Positions 1 through 7,501 of a stretch of DNA of 38,969 nt are shown piece by piece. Under the pieces are notes generated by a model that did no database searches, was not told the origin of the DNA, and saw nothing but the letters and a program-made list of their open reading frames with translations. How positions within the stretch are numbered: position 1 is the stretch's first letter; every line of letters begins with the position of its first letter. The stretch lies in the NCBI GenBank assembly GCA_044349815.1, contig JBIKQE010000001.1, positions 1 through 38,969 on the forward strand, in the 5' to 3' direction. The stretch is from Chitinophagaceae bacterium. Its GTDB lineage: Bacteria; Bacteroidota; Bacteroidia; Chitinophagales; Chitinophagaceae. Position numbers and translations under genes: made by a program.

Positions 1-970
1 GCTTTTGTTGGAATTCATGCAGTAAATCTTCTATTAATTTCGATTCATGAACAAAATAAGCCGGCCGAATAAGGCTATGCCAATCGCTGCTGTTTTGCGA
101 CGAAAAACTCAACAAGTCTTTAGTATATAGCGTTCCTTTTATTTGATCGAGCGATTCATCGTAAACAGGTAAGCGAGAAAACCCGGTGTCGCGCACTTGT
201 TTCTTCACGGCCTCATACGACCAACGAAAATCCAAGGCCGATACATCCAAACGTGTGCGCATAATTTGCTTAACGGTTATTTCGCCAAACTTTAAAATGC
301 CCTTGAAAATATTTTTTTCTTCCTTGGTGGCGGTATGGCCTACCGTTAATTCAATGGCATGCTCAAGGTCTTCATTGCTCAACTCTTTTTTACCTTTGGA
401 AGCAAATCGATGTTCAATAAAATGCGTTGAATTCACTAAAAAGTGACTCAGCGGGGCAAACAATTTATGAATAAAATAAATGAATGGCGCCGTGTATAAA
501 CTCATACTCAGGTTGTTTTGCGCAGCATATACCTTGGGTAATACCTCGCCAAAAAGAACCAAAAAAATCGTCACTACCACAATCTGTAGAAAAACATCCA
601 CCACATGCACATAGGCTACATCTAAACCCGGAAACAGGGCCTGCACATCCAATAATTCCTTGAAAAATAAATTGGCGCTAATAATAACGGCAATGTTGAT
701 GAAGTTATTACCTATGAGAATGGTAGCCAACAAGCGTTTCGGATTTTCAAGCAATCGAAGCACAGTTTGATAAGCCGGTTTCTCTTTGGTTTTTAAATGA
801 TTGATATCGCTAGCCGACAAAGAAAATAAAGCCACCTCGGAACCCGAGATAATAGCCGATAAAATGAGTAATACAAAAATCAAAACAGCAAGAACAACCA
901 ATGAATTGGCGCTGAGGTGGGTTGTAAGCAGTGTGTTGAGCAGAATATGATATGCCGAATCGGGGTCCAA
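1..970 (-). CDS. gldE: Gliding motility-associated protein GldE-like (DUF21/CNNM membrane domain + CBS pair). It is 3'-truncated by the window edge.
   Basis: The minus-strand frame is open to the left edge, so it is absent from the ORF track. My translation reads (M)DPDSAYHILLNTLL..LSAIISGSEVALFSL..GNNFINI..GEVLPK, then LKFGEITVKQIMRTRLDV..GFSRLPVYDESLDQIKGTLYTKDLL (CBS). There is no in-frame ATG after the upstream TAA. A TTG at 970 gives the MDPD N-terminus typical of GldE. As I recall, ssb and mutY are neighbours of gldE in Flavobacterium johnsoniae too. Confidence 0.8.
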   Translation of the reverse strand, partial: MDPDSAYHILLNTLLTTHLSANSLVVLAVLIFVLLILSAIISGSEVALFSLSASDINHLKTKEKPAYQTVLRLLENPKRLLATILIGNNFINIAVIISANLFFKELLDVQALFPGLDVAYVHVVDVFLQIVVVTIFLVLFGEVLPKVYAAQNNLSMSLYTAPFIYFIHKLFAPLSHFLVNSTHFIEHRFASKGKKELSNEDLEHAIELTVGHTATKEEKNIFKGILKFGEITVKQIMRTRLDVSALDFRWSYEAVKKQVRDTGFSRLPVYDESLDQIKGTLYTKDLLSFSSQNSSDWHSLIRPAYFVHESKLIEDLLHEFQQK

Positions 971-1050
971 CGTGTTGGGAATTTCGTTTACAATGCCTGC
1001 CCGATTTTATCGTTCAGGTTAAGTTGGGTACAAAGATAGTCCTTTCCGCG

Positions 1051-1479
1051 TTAATAGGGCAATTCCGATGACATATCGTCGGTCGAGTCGCTTATACCAG
1101 TCGTATTAAGGCCATTGTTTTCGTCGTGTTCAGAACGGTATTCCGATGTGCGTTTATCAAGCATCACTAAATTCGACGCAATTATCTCTGTCATAAACCG
1201 CTTGTTCTTGTCTTTGTCCTCCCACGATCGTGTGCGTAAACTGCCCTCAATATGCACCAAGCTTCCTTTATGCAAATATTTAGACGCTAATTCCGCTAAG
1301 CCACGCCACAGCACAATGTTGTGCCATTCGGTTTGTGGCACGGTATTGCCTTTTTTGTCTTTGTACGTTTCGGTGGTGGCTAACGGAAATTTAGCTACCG
1401 GAATGTTTCCTTCTATGTATTGAATTTCAGGATCCTTTCCGAGGTTTCCAATCAGGAACACATGATTAACTCCTCTCAT
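1051..1479 (-). CDS. ssb: Single-stranded DNA-binding protein
   Basis: OB-fold signature VFLIGNLGKDPE..TEWHNIVLWRGLAE..GSLRTRSWEDKDG-like, with an acidic tail ending DDMSSELPY. Confidence 0.9.
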   Translation of the reverse strand: MRGVNHVFLIGNLGKDPEIQYIEGNIPVAKFPLATTETYKDKKGNTVPQTEWHNIVLWRGLAELASKYLHKGSLVHIEGSLRTRSWEDKDKNKRFMTEIIASNLVMLDKRTSEYRSEHDENNGLNTTGISDSTDDMSSELPY

Positions 1480-1518
1480 AAGCTTGGTTTGGTTTTAGTT
1501 CAGCGCTTGGTTAAGGTT

Positions 1519-2574
1519 TTAAAGATAATCGGAGTTTTTTAAAAAAACAAGTACCATGCGTGGGAAAGCTAGCTCGGAAAGACTTTTTTTAGGAACCCAA
1601 AGCAACTCGTGTTCACTTAAAAACGCCTTGCCGGGATCGGGAAATGAATAAAAATAACCGAATATTTTTTGATGCGATAACACTTGTTGAAGCATCTCAG
1701 GCTTTGCTTGTTTGCCTGAAAAAGCCCTGTTGTTGGGCCATGACGGCATTTGCACCTCGCCTTCTATCAACCAGGGCGTGTATAATCCCGCCCAAATATC
1801 GCCGGATTTGCGCCTGATTAAGGCAATGTGCGTCCGGTTGCTAAATACCCCAAAATGAAAATGGCGATGTTTCAGCGGATTTTTTTTCTTTTTTACAGGA
1901 AAAGCATTCGTTTGTTCACTTTTTAACGCCCTGCAATCTGCCCGCAAAGGGCAACGAGGGCATTGAGGTTGATTGGGCGTGCAAACGGTTGCTCCCAAAT
2001 CCATCATGGCTTGATTGAACAAATCAGCGGCATCCTGAGAAACTAACTGTTGGGCCAGTTCGTTGTAAAATCGTTTGCCCGCTTGGGTTGAGGGTGTTTC
2101 GGAGGAGGCCATATACCGGCTTAAAATACGAATTACATTCCCATCCACCGCCGCATAAGGGGCCTTGAATGCAAACGATGCTATGGCCGCCGCCGTGTAA
2201 TCGCCTACGCCGGGCAAGGCCCGTAAATCGTCGTACGTTCTCGGAAAAACACCTTCATGCGACTCAGAAATCAATTTCGCCGCTTTTATGAGGTTCCTGC
2301 ACCTGCTATAATACCCCAAACCTTGCCATAAATTGAAAACCACGGCTTCGTCGGCCTGCGCTAAATCGGCTAAGGTCGGAAACCGTTGTATAAACCGTTC
2401 GTAATAGGCTAAGCCTTGCTCAACACGTGTTTGCTGCAAAATAATCTCGCTGAGCCAAATAAAATAGGGGTTCTTGATCCCCTTCCAGGGCATACTCCGT
2501 TTGTTGTCTTTTTTGTGCCATTGAAGCAATTGCTTCCTAAATCGAATTATTTCAGCCTGCAACAACGTTTTCAT
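1519..2574 (-). CDS. mutY: A/G-specific adenine DNA glycosylase
   Basis: Motifs MPWKG..PYFIWLSEIILQQTRVEQG..W.GLGYYSRCRNL, the 4Fe-4S cluster loop CTPNQPQCPRCPLRADC, and a C-terminal NUDIX-like domain. Confidence 0.9.
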   Translation of the reverse strand: MKTLLQAEIIRFRKQLLQWHKKDNKRSMPWKGIKNPYFIWLSEIILQQTRVEQGLAYYERFIQRFPTLADLAQADEAVVFNLWQGLGYYSRCRNLIKAAKLISESHEGVFPRTYDDLRALPGVGDYTAAAIASFAFKAPYAAVDGNVIRILSRYMASSETPSTQAGKRFYNELAQQLVSQDAADLFNQAMMDLGATVCTPNQPQCPRCPLRADCRALKSEQTNAFPVKKKKNPLKHRHFHFGVFSNRTHIALIRRKSGDIWAGLYTPWLIEGEVQMPSWPNNRAFSGKQAKPEMLQQVLSHQKIFGYFYSFPDPGKAFLSEHELLWVPKKSLSELAFPRMVLVFLKNSDYL

Positions 2575-2647
2575 GGATTCTACAAAGATGCTATGAAAGA
2601 TAAGTATTTCATATTACTTTTGCTTATACCATGGTAAAACGTTTTTT

Positions 2648-2956
2648 GTGAATAAATCTGAATTGATTCATACCATATCCGAACAAACAGGAATTCCTAA
2701 AGTGGATATACTCGTTACATTAGAGCAATTCTTTGCCCATGTAAAGTCGACGCTGTCGGCCGGAGAAGAAATTCATATTCGTGGTTTTGGGACCTTTCAT
2801 CCCAAAAAACGCGCCGCCAAAATTGGTCGTAACATTAAACGCAATACCGCTGTGGCAATACCGGAACATTATATTCCGGCCTTTAAACCGGCTAAAGAAT
2901 TTACCGACGACGTGAAACGACAAGTGCTCCCAGAAACCGGTAACGATAACCCTTAA
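2648..2956 (+). CDS. HU/IHF-family DNA-binding protein (GTG start)
   Basis: MNKSELIHTISEQTG..IRGFGTFHPKKRAAKIGRNIKRNTAVAIPEHYIPAFKPAKEF is the classic HU/IHF arm motif. Confidence 0.85.
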   Translation: MNKSELIHTISEQTGIPKVDILVTLEQFFAHVKSTLSAGEEIHIRGFGTFHPKKRAAKIGRNIKRNTAVAIPEHYIPAFKPAKEFTDDVKRQVLPETGNDNP

Positions 2957-2968
2957 ACATCCTAATAA

Positions 2969-3802
2969 GTGCAAAAAAAACAATGGATTTTATTAGGCGT
3001 CGGCCTCGTGCTGGTGCTTGCATTAATGCAGTTCGGCAATTTTAGTGGCAAAAAGAAATCAGCCGCCCCGGTAACCGCGCAACACAACGACGCCGAGCAC
3101 GCTACACCCGAATTTAACATCGAAACCTACTTGGTTGATAAGCAAAAAGACTTATCAGACACGGCTAAAGCCCGTTCCGAGAAATTAATTCAAAACTTTA
3201 AAAATCAAGTAACACCTATAGCCTGTAAGGATTTGGCCGAGTTTTGGGAGACCCACGACGACCTCACCGCAGCCTCTTATTATTATAAAAAGGGCGCACT
3301 TTTGGAAAATACCGAAAAAAGCCTCACCTTTGCAGGCCAATTATTATTGGTTTTGATGCAACGCAATCAAGATCAAGGTATAAGGACTTGGCAGGCCAAG
3401 GAAGCAATAGATTGTTTTAGCCGTGTTTTGGAAACTAATCCAACCAATACCGACGCTAAAATTGCCTTAGCCACTTGTTACACAGAAGGTACCGGCGAAA
3501 CCATGAAAGGGGTTACGCTGTTGCGCGAAGTGACTGCCCAGGATAGTACGCATATCGCGGCCAACGTCATCCTCGGAAAACTAGCCATTCAATCCGGCCA
3601 GTTCGATAAGGCCCAACGTAGGTTAGAAATGGTGGTCTCGAAACAACCCGAAAACACAGAAGCTATGTATTTCTTAGCCGAAGCGTATAAAGGGTTGGGC
3701 CAAAAAGAAAAAGCGGTGAAGTGGTTCGAACAGTGTAAAAAACTGGTCAACAGCCCCGAGTTTTCTGCCGAAATCGATCGCTATATGCAGTCAATGAAGT
3801 AA
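2969..3802 (+). CDS. Membrane-anchored tetratricopeptide-repeat protein
   Basis: An N-terminal hydrophobic anchor (WILLGVGLVLVLALM) is followed by TPR-like helices (AKIALATCY, ANVILGKLAIQSGQFDKAQRRLE, EAMYFLAEAYKGLGQKEKAVKWFE). A GTG start is needed to retain the anchor. Confidence 0.65.
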   Translation: MQKKQWILLGVGLVLVLALMQFGNFSGKKKSAAPVTAQHNDAEHATPEFNIETYLVDKQKDLSDTAKARSEKLIQNFKNQVTPIACKDLAEFWETHDDLTAASYYYKKGALLENTEKSLTFAGQLLLVLMQRNQDQGIRTWQAKEAIDCFSRVLETNPTNTDAKIALATCYTEGTGETMKGVTLLREVTAQDSTHIAANVILGKLAIQSGQFDKAQRRLEMVVSKQPENTEAMYFLAEAYKGLGQKEKAVKWFEQCKKLVNSPEFSAEIDRYMQSMK

Positions 3803-3832
3803 TTGTATTTGTAAACTTAAAAATATTTAAAT

Positions 3833-3922
3833 ATGCCTTGCGGAAAAAAACGTAAACGTCATAAGATTGCTACCCACAAACGTAAAAAACGTTTGAGAAA
3901 GAATCGTCATAAAAAGAAATAA
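3833..3922 (+). CDS. 29-aa hyper-basic peptide MPCGKKRKRHKIATHKRKKRLRKNRHKKK, probably a small ribosome-associated protein of the bS22 type
   Basis: ATG at 3833 and TAA at 3920-3922, read by hand because it is too short for the ORF track. 20 of the 29 residues are K, R or H. The sequence pattern matches my memory of the small basic peptide conserved in Bacteroidota. It sits between the TPR gene and rng and is followed by a hairpin. Confidence 0.5.
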   Translation: MPCGKKRKRHKIATHKRKKRLRKNRHKKK

Positions 3923-3942
3923 GCTTTTATGCTAAATGGTTA

Positions 3943-3969
3943 CGAAAACTCACTGCGGTGAGTCTTTCG
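3943..3969 (+). terminator. Hairpin downstream of the micro-ORF (cgaaaactcac-tgcg-gtgagtctttcg)
   Basis: An approximately 11-bp stem with one bulge and a 4-nt loop. No clear T-tract follows, so a terminator function is uncertain. Confidence 0.3.
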
Positions 3970-4005
3970 TGTATGTGCCTATAGCGTCAATTACCTTCTA
4001 TTTTT

Positions 4006-5559
4006 GTGGAAAAAGAACTGGTTATACAATCCTCTGAAACGGGGATTGAGATTGCCTTGTTGGAAAACAAGAAAATCGTTGAACTACACTACGATAACTC
4101 GGGGGGTAGCTTCAATGTAGGCGACTTGTATTTAGGCAAGGTTAAGAAAATTATGCCCGGTTTGAACGCGGCCTTCGTCGATATTGGTCACGAAAAAGAT
4201 GCCTTTCTTCACTACACCGATCTAAGTCCTCAATTTAAAAGCTTACAAAAGTTTACCCAAACCGCCATTTCCGATAATGGCAGTAAGCCCTTCCACTTTG
4301 GCGATTTCGCCCTCGAAGAAGATATTGTAAAAACAGGCAAAATGTCGGAAGTAGCCGGCAATAAACCCTTTGTATTGGTTCAAATTTTAAAAGAACCGAT
4401 CTCTTCCAAAGGCCCCCGAATCAGTTGCGAACTCTCTATCCCGGGCCGCTTCTTGGTAATGACCCCCTTCAATAATTTTGTGTCCATCTCACGCAAAATT
4501 CAATCAACCGAAGAGCGCAAACGACTACAACGCATCATCGAAAGTATCAAGCCCAAAAACTTTGGTATTATTGTGCGCACCGCCGCCGAAGGACAAAGCA
4601 CCGCCGAACTCCATCAAGATTTACTTCAGATGGAAGAAGCCTGGAAAATGATTTTTCAAAACCTCCAAGGGGCTAAAGCAGGACAAAAAATTCTGAGCGA
4701 ACAAAACAAAACCACTTCCCTACTTCGCGACCTCCTCAATAAAGATTTTAACCGCATCCTCGCCAACGACGCCGGCATCGTTAAAGAAGCCAAAGAATAC
4801 ATCGCACGCATTGCCCCAGGCCACGAAAAAATTGTGCAAATGCACACAGGCACTGCTTCCGTGTTCGATTCCTTGGGTATTTCAAAACAAGTTAAATCGT
4901 CGTTCGGCAAAACCGTTATGATGGATAGCGGCGGCTATTTAGTAATCGAACATACCGAAGCCCTCCACGTTATCGACGTCAACAGTGGCCACAAATTCTC
5001 GAGCCCCGATCAAGAAGCCAACGCCTTCAATACCAATATCGAAGCCGCCGAAGAAATTGCGCGCCAATTGCGTTTACGCGATATCGGCGGTATTATCGTT
5101 GTCGATTTCATCGATATGCGCAACCCCGATCACCGTCGCGATATCGTGCAGGCCATGGAGCGCTTCATGAAAAAAGACCGCGCCCGGCACACCGTATTGC
5201 CCCTCTCGAAATTCGGGTTGCTCCAAATCACCCGCCAACGCCTTCGCCCCGAAATCAATATCAGCACCGTTGAAACCTGCCCCAGTTGCCAAGGCAGTGG
5301 CAAAGTGCGCTCCTCGCAACTTCTCCTCGACGATATTGAAAAACACATCAAATATTTGTTGGGCAACCTCAACACCGCCGTCGAATTGGTGGTGCACCCC
5401 ATCGTAAAATCGCACCTCACCAAAGGACTCCTCTGGAACTCGATTTTCGCAAAATGGAAGAAAAAATACGGCTCCTTCACCCTCATCGACGACGAAGGCT
5501 ACGAATTCTTACAATACAAATTCTTCGACAAAAACACCGGCGAAGAAATGAAGTTTTAG
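4006..5559 (+). CDS. rng: Ribonuclease G/E family (Rne/Rng)
   Basis: N-terminal S1-like domain (GDLYLGKVKKIMPGLNAAFVDIG), catalytic core (GIIVRTAAEG, ALHVIDVNSG, GGIIVVDFIDM, GLLQITRQR) and a CPSCQGSG zinc link. GTG start. Confidence 0.85.
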   Translation: MEKELVIQSSETGIEIALLENKKIVELHYDNSGGSFNVGDLYLGKVKKIMPGLNAAFVDIGHEKDAFLHYTDLSPQFKSLQKFTQTAISDNGSKPFHFGDFALEEDIVKTGKMSEVAGNKPFVLVQILKEPISSKGPRISCELSIPGRFLVMTPFNNFVSISRKIQSTEERKRLQRIIESIKPKNFGIIVRTAAEGQSTAELHQDLLQMEEAWKMIFQNLQGAKAGQKILSEQNKTTSLLRDLLNKDFNRILANDAGIVKEAKEYIARIAPGHEKIVQMHTGTASVFDSLGISKQVKSSFGKTVMMDSGGYLVIEHTEALHVIDVNSGHKFSSPDQEANAFNTNIEAAEEIARQLRLRDIGGIIVVDFIDMRNPDHRRDIVQAMERFMKKDRARHTVLPLSKFGLLQITRQRLRPEINISTVETCPSCQGSGKVRSSQLLLDDIEKHIKYLLGNLNTAVELVVHPIVKSHLTKGLLWNSIFAKWKKKYGSFTLIDDEGYEFLQYKFFDKNTGEEMKF

Positions 5560-5574
5560 GGCTACTCGTTGGGG

Positions 5575-5700
5575 CTGTCATCTTCCTTTCTTTCTTCAAC
5601 AACTATCGGGCTACGCCGGGCTCCGCTATCGCTTCGGTGGCCGCCTGCGGCAGGCCACTAAACCCTTTGTATCCCGCAGCCTTTGAACCAATTACATCCT
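5575..5700. repeat. GC-rich mosaic intergenic repeat, copy 1
   Basis: It contains the modules gctccgctatcgcttcggtgg, the hairpin tggcc-gcctgcggca-ggcca (5638-5657) and atcccgcagcc. These modules recur in the copies at 14.8, 18.8, 37.9 and 38.9 kb. Confidence 0.55.
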
Positions 5701-5782
5701 TCGTCTTTCCTTCAATTCCGTATCAAAAAAAACGAAGCCAACACACATAGCATTCAGGTCGGTTCAATTCCCTAAAAAATGC

Positions 5783-5790
5783 TACTTTTG
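5783..5790 (+). promoter_or_regulatory. Bacteroidota -7 promoter box TACTTTTG upstream of the E2 gene
   Basis: Exact match to the TAnnTTTG consensus, 23 nt upstream of the ATG at 5813. Confidence 0.35.
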
Positions 5791-5812
5791 AGCAAATTTT
5801 ATACAAACATCT

Positions 5813-7438
5813 ATGGCTGAAGTAATTCGAATGCCTTTGTTGAGTGATACCATGACGGAAGGCGTAATTGCCCGTTGGAATAAACAAGTGGGCGATTCCG
5901 TTAAAAGCGATGAATCTATTGCCGATGTTGAAACCGATAAAGCCACGATGGAAGTAATTCCTTACGTGGATGGAACCTTGCTGTACATTGGCGTTGAGCA
6001 AGGCAAGGCCGCTAAAGTAAACGATATTATTGCCATCATCGGGAAACCCGGTGAAGATATTCAGTCCTTACTCCAAACGCCAACTGCATCAGTGACCTTT
6101 GAACCCGCACCTGCCGCACCAAGCGCAGCACCCGCACCTGCAACCCCCACGGCCGAACTTACTATCCCAAAAGATATCACCGTTATTCGAATGCCGCTCC
6201 TCAGCGACACCATGAAGGAAGGTAAAATTGTAGCATGGCATAAACAAGTAGGTGATATGGTGAAAGCCGACGATGTACTTGCCGATGTGGAAACCGATAA
6301 AGCCACGATGGAAGTAGTTGGTTACGCCGAAGGGGTTTTGTTATACCAAGGTGTAAAAGCCGGCGAAGCCGCTGTTGTGAATGGTGTGATTGCTGTTGTA
6401 GGAAAAGCCGGTACCGATTTAACCCCGTTTATGGCGGCTATACTAGCCCCCGAAGTAACAGGTAACGCATCAACTGCCGCTCAACCCGCATCAACGCCAT
6501 CGGTGGCTACGCCAACGGCAACAACCACACCAAGCACCGAAGTGCATCACGATACCGATGCCCGCATCAAAGCATCGCCCCTTGCTCGTCAAATAGCCCA
6601 GCAAAAAGGAATTAATCTTCATACGATTCATGGCTCAGGCGATAATGGCCGTATTGTTAAACGCGATGTGGATGCTGCCGTGTCGTCACCAAAGACAAGC
6701 ACCTCGCCAACAACACAAGCATCAGTACAGGTATCGGTGCCAACATTCATTGGCCAAGAAGGTTATACCGATACGCCGGTAACGCAAATGCGCAAAGTAA
6801 TTGCCCAACGCTTGAGCGAAAGCAAATTCACCGCGCCGCATTTCTATCTGAAAATGAGCGTTTATATGGACGCGCTTCTTGATGCCCGTAAAAAAATAAA
6901 CAACCAAACCGAAACAAAAATTTCGGTGAACGATTTTATTATCAAGGCCGTAGCGATGGCCCTCGAAAAACACCCTGGTGTAAACAGCAGCTGGTTAGGC
7001 GATACGATCCGTCAATACCATCACATCCATATTGGCAGTGCCATTGCTTTAGAGGAAGGCCTGATTGTTCCGGTGGTGCGCCACGCCAACATGAAGTCGC
7101 TTAGCCAAATTGCAGCCGATGCCGCTTCGCTTTACGACAAAGCCCGAAATAAAAAAATTCAACCCGCCGAATTCACCGGCAATACTTTCACCATTTCTAA
7201 TTTAGGCATGATGGGTATCGACGAATTCACGGCTATCGTTAACCCACCCGATGCCTGCATTTTGGCCGTGGGTAAAACAACGCCAACACCCGTGGTAGAA
7301 GGAACTGATATTACCATTAAACAGGTTATGAAATTAACCCTAAGTTGCGATCATCGTGTAGTGGATGGTGCCGTTGGTGCTAGGTTCTTACAAACGCTTA
7401 AAACATACTTGGAAGAACCCTTGTTGATGTTTGTTTAA
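5813..7438 (+). CDS. Dihydrolipoamide acetyltransferase (E2) of a 2-oxoacid (pyruvate) dehydrogenase complex, with two lipoyl domains
   Basis: Two copies of MPLLSDTM.EG.I..W.KQVGD.V..D..(I/L)ADVETDKATMEV, Ala/Pro-rich linkers, a peripheral subunit-binding domain (ASPLARQIAQQKGINL) and the catalytic motif SCDHRVVDGA. Confidence 0.9.
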   Translation: MAEVIRMPLLSDTMTEGVIARWNKQVGDSVKSDESIADVETDKATMEVIPYVDGTLLYIGVEQGKAAKVNDIIAIIGKPGEDIQSLLQTPTASVTFEPAPAAPSAAPAPATPTAELTIPKDITVIRMPLLSDTMKEGKIVAWHKQVGDMVKADDVLADVETDKATMEVVGYAEGVLLYQGVKAGEAAVVNGVIAVVGKAGTDLTPFMAAILAPEVTGNASTAAQPASTPSVATPTATTTPSTEVHHDTDARIKASPLARQIAQQKGINLHTIHGSGDNGRIVKRDVDAAVSSPKTSTSPTTQASVQVSVPTFIGQEGYTDTPVTQMRKVIAQRLSESKFTAPHFYLKMSVYMDALLDARKKINNQTETKISVNDFIIKAVAMALEKHPGVNSSWLGDTIRQYHHIHIGSAIALEEGLIVPVVRHANMKSLSQIAADAASLYDKARNKKIQPAEFTGNTFTISNLGMMGIDEFTAIVNPPDACILAVGKTTPTPVVEGTDITIKQVMKLTLSCDHRVVDGAVGARFLQTLKTYLEEPLLMFV

Positions 7439-7501
7439 AACACGTTTCACAAAGCAACTTGAAGCATGAATCAAGGTATAACATCTAATAAATTTTAGTT
7501 C

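Noticed and set aside
186-446. An 86-aa plus-strand ORF at the left edge.
   Set aside because: It lies antisense within the gldE coding region, which has clear DUF21/CBS motifs on the other strand.
5074-5486. Antisense ORFs of 113 and 118 aa inside rng. Similar antisense ORFs occur inside the E2, comEC, purH, ATPase, aroB and moaA genes.
   Set aside because: All lie opposite strongly motif-supported genes and have no recognisable motifs. They are typical shadow ORFs in moderately GC-rich coding DNA.
5751-5775. A GGTTCAATTCC string resembling a tRNA T-loop, possibly a tRNA fragment or att-site remnant.
   Set aside because: No flanking 5-bp T-stem, acceptor stem or anticodon arm can be drawn, so this is probably a chance match.
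5930-6316. A 27-nt identical DNA repeat (gaaaccgataaagccacgatggaagta) within the E2 gene.
   Set aside because: It is explained by the tandem duplicated lipoyl domains, which are normal for E2 proteins. It is not a mobile or regulatory repeat.
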